This document shows positions 19,816-30,159 of a DNA stretch of 64,000 bases, one piece after another. The stretch spans positions 864,001 to 928,000 of the forward strand of contig CAXXUA010000005.1 of NCBI GenBank assembly GCA_963663765.2, written 5' to 3'. This stretch comes from Candidatus Poribacteria bacterium. Its GTDB lineage: Bacteria > Poribacteria > WGA-4E > WGA-3G. A program made the translations under genes and the position numbers. The notes beneath the pieces were generated by a model. The model saw only the letters and a program-made list of their open reading frames with translations, ran no database searches and was not told where the DNA came from. Position 1 is the stretch's first letter, and each line of letters starts with the position of its first letter.

Positions 19816-20757
19816 TCAGGATTCATCGTCATCTCTTGTATTGGTTAGCGTCTCACAGAATTCACGAGCTTCTTTGACTGCTTCCGCATCTCCGTGACAT
19901 ATTTCTATAACTTTCAGGATGTCTGATGGGAGTTGTGTTAACAACAGCTTCCATGTGATGTCACCTGTACCTGGCGGATGGTATGGATCAAGTTCTTGTA
20001 GATCATACAGTGTAGCACCAATGGTGTGTTCACTGTAAGCATCAATCCATTCATGTGACCAACAGAGACCGAGTTTTTCCTGTAGTGCAGCATGTCCGAC
20101 ATTGTGCCAATAATGCATTGGACTGCCGTAGAATTCATTGATAAATAGTTCTACTTCATCAAAATTAGGGATTTGGTAATAGTGCGGTTGATTTTCAATA
20201 GCGATGCGGAGTTCCATTTTTAAGGCGCGTTCATTTAGTTCGTCGAGGCTTCTCAAGACTGCATCGCGATGTTTTTCTTCTTTGCGTTTTCGCCACTCAG
20301 TTGCTTCAGTCACCTTTTTACTGAAAGCTTCAAATTCGCGTTCTCCGTAGTCGTAAAGGTCGGTCATCAGTGACGATCTGTCGTTAGTATCAACTTTTCC
20401 AAGTCGTAGCAACACTGTTGTTACTTCCATTTCAACCGCAAGTTCCATTGTCTGACTAGTTCTACGAATTGCCTCTTTGCGTTCATCGTTATCAAGACTG
20501 GATAGGAGGATGATGTCATTTTCGGCTTCAACTATTGGGTTTCTGGGTAGGACTGGACAGAAATTCTGTATAACACAAGGTGGTATTTGTCCAATTTGAC
20601 GAAACAACGGATTGAGTTGTTGGATCTGTTCAAGCGTGAGATGACGACTGAGTGCGATGGCTTCAAAACCGAGGTCCTTCAATTCATCAAACAGTGATGC
20701 GCCGTCCGGTTGCTTCAAAGCGTTCCACATTGTAGAGATTGCTAACATTGTTTTCAA
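19816..20757 (-). CDS. Sugar phosphate isomerase/epimerase family TIM-barrel protein with degenerate metal ligands
   Basis: LAISTMW, IAIEN..YYQIP, YWHNVGHA and HPPGTGDI motifs. Confidence 0.8.
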   Translation of the reverse strand: MKTMLAISTMWNALKQPDGASLFDELKDLGFEAIALSRHLTLEQIQQLNPLFRQIGQIPPCVIQNFCPVLPRNPIVEAENDIILLSSLDNDERKEAIRRTSQTMELAVEMEVTTVLLRLGKVDTNDRSSLMTDLYDYGEREFEAFSKKVTEATEWRKRKEEKHRDAVLRSLDELNERALKMELRIAIENQPHYYQIPNFDEVELFINEFYGSPMHYWHNVGHAALQEKLGLCWSHEWIDAYSEHTIGATLYDLQELDPYHPPGTGDITWKLLLTQLPSDILKVIEICHGDAEAVKEAREFCETLTNTRDDDES

Positions 20758-20811
20758 TAGTTTTCGGGGTAAATATAGCGTTTGTGTTGAAAAAAGGTTT
20801 TGGTATTACAA

Positions 20812-21438
20812 TTACTCTGTTGTGTTGTTTTTACCAGTTATTTTGATTACATTTCGTCCTTTAACTTTGATTTTGCCTTGTGCGTATTGTTTGATAACTT
20901 TTGGGTAGAGTTTATGTTCCTCAATTTGAATTCGTTTGTGTAGACTTTCTTCGTCGTCTATATCGTAGACTGGGACAACCACTTGTTCAATAATAGGTCC
21001 AGAATCGACACCTTCGTCAACAAAGTGGACGGTGACTCCTGTAACTTTTGCTCCGTAAGCCAAAGTATCATCAACGGGTGTTGCCCCTGGAAACGCTGGG
21101 AGTAGACTGGGGTGTACGTTAATAATCTGATTGTGATATTTGCGTACGAATGGGGGTTGGAATATCCTCATAAATCCAGCGAGGACAATTAACTCAACTG
21201 CGTAGTTATCAATATGTTCTGATATTGCCTCATCAAACGCTATTCGTGTATCAAAATCGTTTGTTTTGACAATTTGTGTTGGTATTCCAACGTGCTTTGC
21301 GCGTGTTAAGGCATAAGCTTCCTGTCGGTCACTAATTACGACTGCGATTTCAATGTCGCTGGTTTCGTCTTGGTGTAGCTGCTCAATGAGGGTTTGCAGA
21401 TTAGTACCGCTGCCTGAAACGAGTACCGCAATATTCAC
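20812..21438 (-). CDS. purN: Phosphoribosylglycinamide formyltransferase
   Basis: VLVSGSGTNLQ, LAGFMRI, NVHPSLLPAFPG and DSGPII motifs. Confidence 0.97.
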   Translation of the reverse strand: MNIAVLVSGSGTNLQTLIEQLHQDETSDIEIAVVISDRQEAYALTRAKHVGIPTQIVKTNDFDTRIAFDEAISEHIDNYAVELIVLAGFMRIFQPPFVRKYHNQIINVHPSLLPAFPGATPVDDTLAYGAKVTGVTVHFVDEGVDSGPIIEQVVVPVYDIDDEESLHKRIQIEEHKLYPKVIKQYAQGKIKVKGRNVIKITGKNNTTE

Positions 21439-21479
21439 TGTTTATCTCTTTCTATGTCACAGAACATGTAGTAACACCA

Positions 21480-23264
21480 TTACCAGTTGGTGTTGTTAGT
21501 TATGTGTCCTTCTGGGATCGGGACCCACATGCCCCCAGTTTTATTTGCCGCTTCTACCTGAAATTTACCATAAGTTCCGATGACACTGACGACGATATGT
21601 TTATCCATCAAATATTGTAGCGTCCCTGAAGTTTGGATGTTTTCATCTAAAGGTTCATCGGTAACGAGGATGAGATGCGTTTGCGCCTTCTGACGTAATT
21701 TTATTCTCCGTAATCCTTCAGGAATAGCATGTAAGAGGTTTTCATTGTCTTGGCAAGGTAACGCAACGATCTTTCGTATCTGTTCAAGTGTCTGTGGTGG
21801 ATTGAAGGCGTTCACGATGTTCATGGAGGTGCGTGTCCGGAACCTAACGACACCTATCTGATAGTCAATGAGTGCGTTATCCCAGTCTCGAACCCAAACA
21901 TCCAGTTGGTTTAGGAATTTAGGTAATTTATCTTCCATGCTTTTACTTCCATCAATAAACAAAACAATATCCACAGGGGATTGTGCGTGTTTTTGTAGTA
22001 CGGATTTACCGATTTTTTGAGCATCTTTCCATTGTGCCTTTCTAAGCGATTTTCCTTGACCCTGTGGTGTTTTTTGTAGTGTAAATCGAGCTTGTTGTTT
22101 CCTTGGGTCTTGTGGAATTGCGTGCCATTTTCCATCAGTTGCTGCTGCGAGGTTTTTGTGTTCTTGGCTTGGGAGTCCGAGCACATTGACATAGACTCCA
22201 TATTCATTACACAACCCTATTATATCGCTATTTTTCAACCCTTCAAAACTGGTGAATGGTTCATCTGTGACAATTATAAGATGTTTCTTAGACGTTGCTC
22301 GGAACTTCATTTCATTGACAGTTTTTGCGATAGCATCTAAGGCATTTTCGTCACCTCGCACTTGAATAGCGAGGATACTGCGTTTGAATTCGGATGCGCT
22401 TTGTGTCAATTGTAGCACTTCAATATCGTTTTTCTTCTGACGTGCGGCAAATTCTGTTAGACCGAGTGCGTAGTCAATACCAGAAGATTTATAGATATCA
22501 ACCATGTCTACGAGATGCTCTGCGACAGATTTGATATTATCTCCCATACTTCCACTTGCATCAATGACAAAAACGACATCAATAGGGCCACCTTCAGCGG
22601 TTTCAACGATTTGATGTCCGAGTTGCTGCATGACAGTCCCGAAAGGCACATAAGGTACTGAGGGTAAGTCACCTTGTGTGTTTCCTAAATTGAGTTTAAC
22701 ATCGTCATCACCGTAGGATGCGTCCGGTACATCAAGGGAAGAACGGATAGGTCTGCGTTGAACGCCTGGTGCGCCTGAACGTTTTGTGCCGAAAGAACTG
22801 CCGACTGCGGGTTCAGAAGTTTCAGTTCTTGATAATCCATTTTCCACATCAAGTAGTGTGTCACGTGCGGTGCTAATATCCGTTTGTATCTCTGGAGTTG
22901 TATTGGTTTCTTTGAATCTTGCATCTTCTGTAATTACATCTACGATAGGAGTATTCGTGGGTTTGAACTGAATTTGTGGCGTAATCGCTTCCACTTGAGC
23001 GAGAGGTTTTTGTGCGGGTTCAAATATATTTGTTTTTCGCTGTTGTAAGATTGGTGGTTTATCTGGTTTTGTTGTCAGTGGTGGTTTCGGTGCGATAGTA
23101 AGTGCCACATCCAGTTTATCCTGAAAAGATAATAGGGGTTGGTTACGCACTGAAAAATAAAATAACATAGTTAGAAGGATGACGTGCAGTATCATTGATA
23201 TCAACAATGCGTGGCGCGTTATAGATTTCACAGCACGATGTGTCATAAATTTCATGGTGTACAC
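21480..23264 (-). CDS. Membrane-anchored protein with a Pro-rich linker and two vWA domains
   Basis: TM with ILHVILL; MIDAS motifs DASGSM and DGSKSM; two VTDEP motifs. Confidence 0.85.
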   Translation of the reverse strand: MYTMKFMTHRAVKSITRHALLISMILHVILLTMLFYFSVRNQPLLSFQDKLDVALTIAPKPPLTTKPDKPPILQQRKTNIFEPAQKPLAQVEAITPQIQFKPTNTPIVDVITEDARFKETNTTPEIQTDISTARDTLLDVENGLSRTETSEPAVGSSFGTKRSGAPGVQRRPIRSSLDVPDASYGDDDVKLNLGNTQGDLPSVPYVPFGTVMQQLGHQIVETAEGGPIDVVFVIDASGSMGDNIKSVAEHLVDMVDIYKSSGIDYALGLTEFAARQKKNDIEVLQLTQSASEFKRSILAIQVRGDENALDAIAKTVNEMKFRATSKKHLIIVTDEPFTSFEGLKNSDIIGLCNEYGVYVNVLGLPSQEHKNLAAATDGKWHAIPQDPRKQQARFTLQKTPQGQGKSLRKAQWKDAQKIGKSVLQKHAQSPVDIVLFIDGSKSMEDKLPKFLNQLDVWVRDWDNALIDYQIGVVRFRTRTSMNIVNAFNPPQTLEQIRKIVALPCQDNENLLHAIPEGLRRIKLRQKAQTHLILVTDEPLDENIQTSGTLQYLMDKHIVVSVIGTYGKFQVEAANKTGGMWVPIPEGHITNNTNW

Positions 23265-23410
23265 CGATTATTTTATCTATACATTTCCAGAGGACACTAT
23301 GTGTATCTGTTCCTGCATAGTTTGCAAGTTGCTTATATTTAGCAACCGAGGTTATTTCTCAAGCATGTGTAAATACCTACGTATCGTTGAACGTCTTTGA
23401 ATTCAGTTTC

Positions 23411-23938
23411 TCAACGGATCTTTAGGAAACGTTTAGGTTGATCTTGTGGAATGACTTCAAATGAAATAAGTTTTTCGTCGTTAACTTCTGATGCTTCAGC
23501 ATTGGACTGGTTAAACGGATTTAGTTTTTCAATTTTGGGTGAATAGAGCGTTACACCTACCATCATTACTACGCCGAATACAAAGCCTGTCATATAAAGT
23601 GGATTATATGCACGAATGTTACCACGTATCCAGGATTTCATATTCTCAACTGCAGAACCTATACGGTTAATCACTGATCGTTGAGCATTTTCATAAGTTT
23701 GCATCGTCTTTACACGCGACATGACGTTTGACAGAAAATATTCAGAGGTATTGACAGGTTCTAAATAGTTGAGAAGTTTATCTGTTTGTTGAATTGTAGC
23801 GTATCGGTCGGTACAATTCGCACACCGTTTTAGATGCCAACGGATAATATGCCGTTTCCATGTTGGCAGTTCGTTGTCAAAGTAGGCTGAGAGTTGTGAT
23901 TGATAGTTTTGGCAGTTGTTTATTTTAGATTTGGGCAT
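23411..23938 (-). CDS. Zinc-finger (zf-HC2) transmembrane anti-sigma factor
   Basis: LSAYFDNEL..HLKRCANC; TM helix; overlaps the sigma gene. Confidence 0.9.
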   Translation of the reverse strand: MPKSKINNCQNYQSQLSAYFDNELPTWKRHIIRWHLKRCANCTDRYATIQQTDKLLNYLEPVNTSEYFLSNVMSRVKTMQTYENAQRSVINRIGSAVENMKSWIRGNIRAYNPLYMTGFVFGVVMMVGVTLYSPKIEKLNPFNQSNAEASEVNDEKLISFEVIPQDQPKRFLKIR

Positions 23939-24524
23939 TTACACTTTCTCCTATTCCAACCTTGATAAGCAATTTTTTCATGTTTTGTCGTGCTCGGTGG
24001 ATTAGTGATTTTACTGCTCCGACAGAACAGTTTAGTATTTCAGATATTTCTTCATAACTAAGTTCTTGGTATGTTACCAGCGTCAATGCTAAACGTTGAT
24101 TTTCAGGGAGTTGTTTCAGCGTTTTTCTGATAAGTTGTTGCCGTTCTTTTTTTTCATATAGGATGTCGGGTTGAAAACGTGTATCTACCATATATTGAGA
24201 ATGATAAACATCCTCATTTTCGTCAACCATATCTTCCAGATAGTAGGTTTTTCGTCGTGCGCGATTTCGGATTTCATTTCGGGACAAATTGGTTGCGATC
24301 GTGTAAAGCCAACTTTTAAAGGAGGCTCTTGGTTCATAACGACTTGCGCTTTTGTAAACCCGTAGAAACGTCTCTTGTGCTAAGTCTTCAGCGCGATGAA
24401 AGTCGCTGATAATATAATAGATATAGTTTACAAGTGCATCTTGATACCTTCTGACAAGCAGCTCAAACGCACTCATATCACCTTTACGACATTCTAACAT
24501 TAAATCTTCATCAGAAACAATCAT
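23925..24524 (-). CDS. ECF RNA polymerase sigma factor
   Basis: AEDLAQETFLRVY, FKSWLYTIATN and LSYEEISEIL..VKSLIHRAR motifs. Confidence 0.95.
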   Translation of the reverse strand: MIVSDEDLMLECRKGDMSAFELLVRRYQDALVNYIYYIISDFHRAEDLAQETFLRVYKSASRYEPRASFKSWLYTIATNLSRNEIRNRARRKTYYLEDMVDENEDVYHSQYMVDTRFQPDILYEKKERQQLIRKTLKQLPENQRLALTLVTYQELSYEEISEILNCSVGAVKSLIHRARQNMKKLLIKVGIGESVNAQI

Positions 24525-24578
24525 AATGTTCTCCTGTCAATGCAGAGATGTGTTTAGCACTCTCATAGGGTGTCTGAT

Positions 24579-25202
24579 TTATTCTTCTTCCGTGCTTGCT
24601 TTTTTTGTTGACTGGTGATCTCTTGTAGGTGTAAACTTCAGACGCATTGCTGTTTTAAAGGCTGTGATCGCTTTTCGTCGCTTTCCCTGAATTGAGTAAA
24701 CGGCTCCGAGTTCAGAATGCAATTCTGGGTGATTCGGAATAAATTGGATTGCTCGTTCATAGACGTCAATAGCCTCATCGTAACGCTTCAACATTCTATA
24801 GATCGATGCAAGATTGATATACACAGTGATTTCAGTTGGTTCACATGTAATTGCTTTCTTGTAAGCATCTATTGCTTTCTCATAGTTGTCTAACATGAAG
24901 TATGCTAAACCGAGATGAAAATGTGCTTCAGCGGATTCACGATTATGTTGAATGACGAGAAGGAATTCTTCAATTGCTTTTTTGTAGTCACGAGCATTTA
25001 GGGCATCCGCTCCCTGTTTTAGATGCTTTTCTGCGGTTTGGTGGTGATGAATATCCAATCTGCCACTTTGTATAAACTTGTTTTGCAATCTTTCAGAAGA
25101 GATAGTTGAATCATCACGTCGTAGGGAGGAGTTCACGGTTTGAATTTTATCTGCTGCATTGCTTTTTTTGTTTCTCATCTGTAAACTCCGTTCTCCATTC
25201 AC
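24579..25202 (-). CDS. TPR-repeat protein
   Basis: Four TPRs (AHFHLGLAY, YINLASIY, HSELGAVY). Confidence 0.9.
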   Translation of the reverse strand: MNGERSLQMRNKKSNAADKIQTVNSSLRRDDSTISSERLQNKFIQSGRLDIHHHQTAEKHLKQGADALNARDYKKAIEEFLLVIQHNRESAEAHFHLGLAYFMLDNYEKAIDAYKKAITCEPTEITVYINLASIYRMLKRYDEAIDVYERAIQFIPNHPELHSELGAVYSIQGKRRKAITAFKTAMRLKFTPTRDHQSTKKASTEEE

Positions 25203-25261
25203 TGAGCAACTATTATAACATTAACACCTATGTTCCAAAAAAGTGGCATTTTATTAACAAC

Positions 25262-25443
25262 CAGAACTTACGCAGTTTTCATGATTTAATCAAGAAATGT
25301 GCTGAAAATGATGTAATTTTCAGCATTATTTATGTTTCCAGTGCGCTTACAAAGCACCAAATCAACGGTATGAATCATGGAGCATGCCATACGCGCATGC
25401 TTCTTTAGGCATTCCCCGTCTACCGCTGGGTGCATAAGTCCTG
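25262..25443. mobile_element. MITE, CAGGACTTACGCA-end family
   Basis: CAGAACTTACGCA ... TGCATAAGTCCTG; homologous to 38631-38766. Confidence 0.82.
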
Positions 25444-25475
25444 AAAAACTTTTCTTCGTTGTACGGGAACATACA

Positions 25476-26540
25476 TCAATGTGCAATTCTAAACCCTATG
25501 ACAAATTCTGCGTAGTTTGCACTAAAAAAATCAAAACTGGTACAGGTACTATAGTCATGGTTGTAATACCATGCACCCCCGCAAGCCACACGGAAGTTTT
25601 CCTCATTGTCATAAGGGGTATTTGTCCATTCCCAAACATTACCTATCATATCAAAGCATCCGAATGGACTGGTACCGTCCTTAAATGCTACGACAGGCGT
25701 AGTGTCTTCCGCTCCCAACTCGGCAGTATTGCACCGTGGTTTATCTATTTCGTTCCCCCATGGAAAAAGTCTATTATCTGTGCCGCGCGCTGCGTACTGC
25801 CATTCCGCAAACGATGGCAATCTACCTCCGTAATATTCCGCATAAGCTTCTGCATCTTCGCAACTTACCCACACAACAGGATGGTCACCTTTTAGTCCGT
25901 ATATTTCATAATTTTGTTTTGGTTTCTCCATCCAATCTTTTGGCATCTTATGTCCAGTTTCCTGAATGAATCGTTGATATTGAGCATTGGTTACGGGGTA
26001 GACACCTATTTCAAATGCGTCAATTTCCAGCGGGTGACATTCTTCACCGATGCGTGCCGTTCCTGTAGGAATAGATATAGTAACATCTAAGATTTTGAGT
26101 GCTGCCTTGCGCACTTCCTGTTCAGTATCAGCGAGTGCATATCCTAATTGTGAAATAGTCTCTCCGACAGGTGGTGTTGTAAGTTGTAGTGCTTTCTCCC
26201 ATCCTAAATCGGTGTTTAACAACAATTTGACAGCATCGTAGAGTGAGTCGTTGTAATGCCAAGTCCAGTAATCTTGAAGCAGTTGTTGAAATGCCTCTGG
26301 GTTATCACTTTCAATAAGTGCAATTCGGGATGCTTTCGGCTTTTTGACATCTAATAATATATTCTTCAATTCCAACACCGTCTGACTTTTTCTTGGTTTG
26401 AGATTAACTTTATATTCCACATCGTGAGTTTCATCCCAATAATCAGCAAGACTATGTGTATCCCAAAATTCACCAATTTCCTCTGGTGTGGCATCAGGTG
26501 AAGGCATTGGGTCTCGTTTTTTATCTTTTTCTCCCATCAT
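25476..26540 (-). CDS. FGE-sulfatase (SUMF1-like) domain protein fused to an N-terminal CopG/BrnA-like antitoxin segment
   Basis: N-terminal EEIGEFWDTHSLADYWDE; C-terminal PVTNAQY, HPVVWVS, RLPSFAEW, DMIGNVWEW and GFR. Confidence 0.85.
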   Translation of the reverse strand: MMGEKDKKRDPMPSPDATPEEIGEFWDTHSLADYWDETHDVEYKVNLKPRKSQTVLELKNILLDVKKPKASRIALIESDNPEAFQQLLQDYWTWHYNDSLYDAVKLLLNTDLGWEKALQLTTPPVGETISQLGYALADTEQEVRKAALKILDVTISIPTGTARIGEECHPLEIDAFEIGVYPVTNAQYQRFIQETGHKMPKDWMEKPKQNYEIYGLKGDHPVVWVSCEDAEAYAEYYGGRLPSFAEWQYAARGTDNRLFPWGNEIDKPRCNTAELGAEDTTPVVAFKDGTSPFGCFDMIGNVWEWTNTPYDNEENFRVACGGAWYYNHDYSTCTSFDFFSANYAEFVIGFRIAH

Positions 26541-26685
26541 ATCTCAGTCAGTTCGCTTGCCTTTGGAAACAAAACGGAAGTAAGGACGATTAGCTAAGAC
26601 TGCTTCAACTTCCGTTGTTTTTACACCGTGTTTGATTGTTAATTTCTCAACAAATTGCGGTAGTCATCACCTCATCAATCTGCAA
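26519..26685 (-). pseudogene. Remnant of a BrnT-like toxin
   Basis: Manual translation (L/M)QIDEV / LPQFVEKLTIKHGVKTTEVEAVLANRPYFRFVSKGKRTD* with a frameshift and an apparent internal deletion, directly upstream of the antitoxin-like start. Confidence 0.65.
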
Positions 26686-27314
26686 GTTTTTTCCTATTTT
26701 ATCTAAAATTAGATTAACGTTGGACAAGATATTAAAAATTAATTTGAATGTCTTGTTTTTACAGTATTATACCACATTTTCTGGGAAGATGCTATATCTT
26801 GTAAAATCGTTATTCTGTCATACTATGGTAAAATTTTAAAATAAGGTTACATTTCTAAAATTTACCATATTAACTGTTATGTAAGTATTCTATTCTTATA
26901 GGTAGGCATTCCCAGGGTCGCTCCTACCAATGCGGGGAACGGTCACGACCAGGAGGTCGCTCCTAGCTGTGCAAGTTTGTAAGCGCACTAGCACATCAAG
27001 TCCCAACAGAGCGCTTACAAGCACGCCTACCGAGTGAGAAATATTTATTACCGAATTAATAAATTAATCTTCATACGGGACTAAAGAACGTACCAACTAA
27101 TGAAGGATACTCACATAAATCTTTGTTTATGTGAAGCAATTGGTTACTAAAAGTTATTTAGCTCAACTCGTAAAATAAATCTTCATATAGTTTGTGTTAT
27201 TGTAAACCGCCTTTCATAATAACGATTAATACGACATTAATGTTTATAAATGGTATAGAACTTGTGGCCATTGTGATTGATGGTAAACTGTGCAATTATA
27301 CAGACTCAAAATAG

Positions 27315-29861
27315 TTATGAACCAAATGCGTTGGCGACTGCTACGAGATCGAGGATATTTACATTGCCGTCGTTGTTTACATCTGCTGTGTCGTTCTCTG
27401 TTCCGAAGACGTTAGAGACGACGACGAGATCAAGGATGTTTATTTCACCGTCTTGATTTACATCTAAGTTTGTGGTCGCGGATACGTCTTCTACTTCAAA
27501 TCTGACGATTTCGGTGAAGTCTGCGGTAAGGCGGTTATATGCCCGATCAGCTACTATCATTTGCGCAAGTCCCCACGTTCCTGGGACGCTGCCAACTGGT
27601 AATAGGATTGTCTTGTCGTATGTCTGAAAGATTGTGGGGTCGCCTTGAAAATAGAGTTTATGCGGATATGGAGCCGAATGCCCGAATTTGTATACGACAC
27701 CTTGCGGGTCTCGCAACAATATATCTGCATTTTTATATCCACTAATATTGTCTTTTATCTTGAAAGTGATAAAAACGTGTGTCTCACCGTTGGGATCATC
27801 GGGTCGCGTGGGTTCTGCGGTTATGGTAATGTTGTTTAGGTCGAGTTCGGGTGGTGTGAAGTCGGGGTTTTTGGTTTGAATATCAATGGTTGCGGGTGGT
27901 TCGTCATTTAGTATTTTGACGTGTGGCACCCATGCTTCTGTGTAATATGGATGTGTGAAAAACACGTCGCGGATATTGCCTGCAACATCTACCATACAGA
28001 TCCGATTCAACTGATATGTCCCGGTAGGCATATAATCAGCAATTTTTATTTCAACGCTGGCGTTGCCGGTATCATTGTCAAATACGCCGTAATCAAAACG
28101 ACTGTAAGTTTCGGTGTGTTCGTCGTTCATGCCCGCACAAACGCTTTTTACGCCGGTGTCTTCAATATATTCCCATTGGGCAGTTACGACTTGATAGGGT
28201 CTCCCGTCTTCATCTGCTTGTGATAAAGATAGTGTCATAGAGTTTTTGACATATTCTGGTGGATTACAATCTGCAAGTGGATTATCAACATAGAGTACCC
28301 ATCCGAAATCTGCAAGTCCGTTATGGCGTTGGTTCTCGTTGGCATCTTTTAAAGTGATTGTGGCGGGTGTCCAGTATGCGTTTGCAGCGTATTTTGATAA
28401 CGTGACAGGATAGCTGCGTAAAATGTGTCCTGCGGTAATGCGATTTCCGTTTTCGTCTACCGGATAGAAGCCGATGTCAAAATAAGTGCTTTTCTCGCTG
28501 TAGACTCTGGCATTTGCGCTGTGTGCTGTGTCAAGATCGCTCTCACTATGGATTTCTATTTCTACTGTTATCTGCTTGTCTTGTTCAGGTTCACCTGTGA
28601 CGTTTATGTCTAGGCGGACGATTCGCCCTGGATACACATAATCTGGATATAGATTGTATACCTCAAAAGTGAGATCCTCGCGTATTTCTGAGATGTATCG
28701 TGTGCCGTGCATGATCCTGTTCTGTATAAACTCGTATTTTGCGGGTGAACGGGATCGGAGCTTGTCGGGACGGATAATGTAAAAACTGATACTCTCAGCC
28801 ATATCTTCATTTGGTGAATGTGCGTGCGCATAGGCTGATACAAATTCTGTCTGTTTAGTGGTGAGCCATTTATCAGGATCGTCTGGATTTTTATACCAGC
28901 CGCCTAATTCTATCCAGTCTTGTTTCAACTGTTCATCAAAGAGATGTGCCCACAAAAAGTGTGCTTTTTCGTGTAGAATTAGGCGATGTGTGTAGTCAAG
29001 ATTCCCGGCTTCAAATGCGCTATCCATAAATTCGATATATCCGGAGCCTGTCCACGCAACTGCGGCTGCTCCTGGATATACTGGGTTGTGTATACCGTCT
29101 AAACGTCTAACGAGATATTTAAGACCTTGTATTTTGTGCATGCCGGCTGGCATTTCCTCAAACATTGATATTATAGCGATTAATTCTCTGTTCTTGAATT
29201 CTGAGAAACGACCAGCATGTTCAGCTGTTGTGTATCTCGTGAGTTCGACGTAGTCTGGCACGTCTATGCTCACTGAAAACCTTTCCCGCAGTATACGTCT
29301 GATTGCGTTTCTGTCTGCACCGTGATCAGTTATAAATCGCACGACAGCATGATGTAGTCGTTTTGAGAAGTATCTACCGCGCACGCCTTCAATTTCTGCT
29401 AATAGGGGTGTTGCGTGGACGAATGCGTCTGCGGCAATGGTTACGAGTCGGACTTCGCCGTGAAATTGTATGTTGATGTCATCTTGAATATGTTGGTTAG
29501 TAAGTGTCCACATGGAAGCGGGCACTTTTGGCTCGGCGTCGGCTAAATTATTTGGGATTTGTGGTATTGTTTCGAATGTCTCAAGTAGCCTGTATGCGTG
29601 TGCTGGACTCCAATCATCTGTGAGATGGACGGAGTATTTTTTCATGAGCTGTATGGCTGCACTGTGGGGTGGGATTTCTACCTGTTCGTCTAATATTTCG
29701 ACGTGGATGAGTTTGACGATTGTAGAGATGTCTTGTCCCTCTGGAGTTTCGTCAAGTTCCCAGTGGTAGGTGTAGGCGAGGCATTTGGTGACAAGAGAGC
29801 TGAGGATTGTGAATGTTAAGACAAGAAATAGGTTTTTTATGTGTGTTGTTTTGTGGGTCAT
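27315..29861 (-). CDS. Secreted zincin-like metallopeptidase-domain protein with a C-terminal dockerin-like domain
   Basis: Signal peptide; HEKAH and NEDMAES; two DVNxDGxINILDLV repeats. Confidence 0.75.
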   Translation of the reverse strand: MTHKTTHIKNLFLVLTFTILSSLVTKCLAYTYHWELDETPEGQDISTIVKLIHVEILDEQVEIPPHSAAIQLMKKYSVHLTDDWSPAHAYRLLETFETIPQIPNNLADAEPKVPASMWTLTNQHIQDDINIQFHGEVRLVTIAADAFVHATPLLAEIEGVRGRYFSKRLHHAVVRFITDHGADRNAIRRILRERFSVSIDVPDYVELTRYTTAEHAGRFSEFKNRELIAIISMFEEMPAGMHKIQGLKYLVRRLDGIHNPVYPGAAAVAWTGSGYIEFMDSAFEAGNLDYTHRLILHEKAHFLWAHLFDEQLKQDWIELGGWYKNPDDPDKWLTTKQTEFVSAYAHAHSPNEDMAESISFYIIRPDKLRSRSPAKYEFIQNRIMHGTRYISEIREDLTFEVYNLYPDYVYPGRIVRLDINVTGEPEQDKQITVEIEIHSESDLDTAHSANARVYSEKSTYFDIGFYPVDENGNRITAGHILRSYPVTLSKYAANAYWTPATITLKDANENQRHNGLADFGWVLYVDNPLADCNPPEYVKNSMTLSLSQADEDGRPYQVVTAQWEYIEDTGVKSVCAGMNDEHTETYSRFDYGVFDNDTGNASVEIKIADYMPTGTYQLNRICMVDVAGNIRDVFFTHPYYTEAWVPHVKILNDEPPATIDIQTKNPDFTPPELDLNNITITAEPTRPDDPNGETHVFITFKIKDNISGYKNADILLRDPQGVVYKFGHSAPYPHKLYFQGDPTIFQTYDKTILLPVGSVPGTWGLAQMIVADRAYNRLTADFTEIVRFEVEDVSATTNLDVNQDGEINILDLVVVSNVFGTENDTADVNNDGNVNILDLVAVANAFGS

Positions 29862-30159
29862 AAATGGATCCTTTTTTAATAATCTTTGTCATAATCTCCC
29901 TTTTATAGCATGTAGTCGTTGTGATAGTTAATAGACATTATAACTAATCTGAAAATGTCAGCTGTGTTTTTATTAGACATTATGTGAACGACTTGTGCCA
30001 GTTAACATTTTGTTTTGTTGGTCTTCACATATATTTGCATTAGTGTATCAACATAGCGTCCCTACTGGACTAAAGAAGGTGTCAATATAAGTGAAATAAC
30101 GAAAATTCATTCTACTTGTGTGAATAACATTATTACAATATGTTATTCAGCAAAACTCG

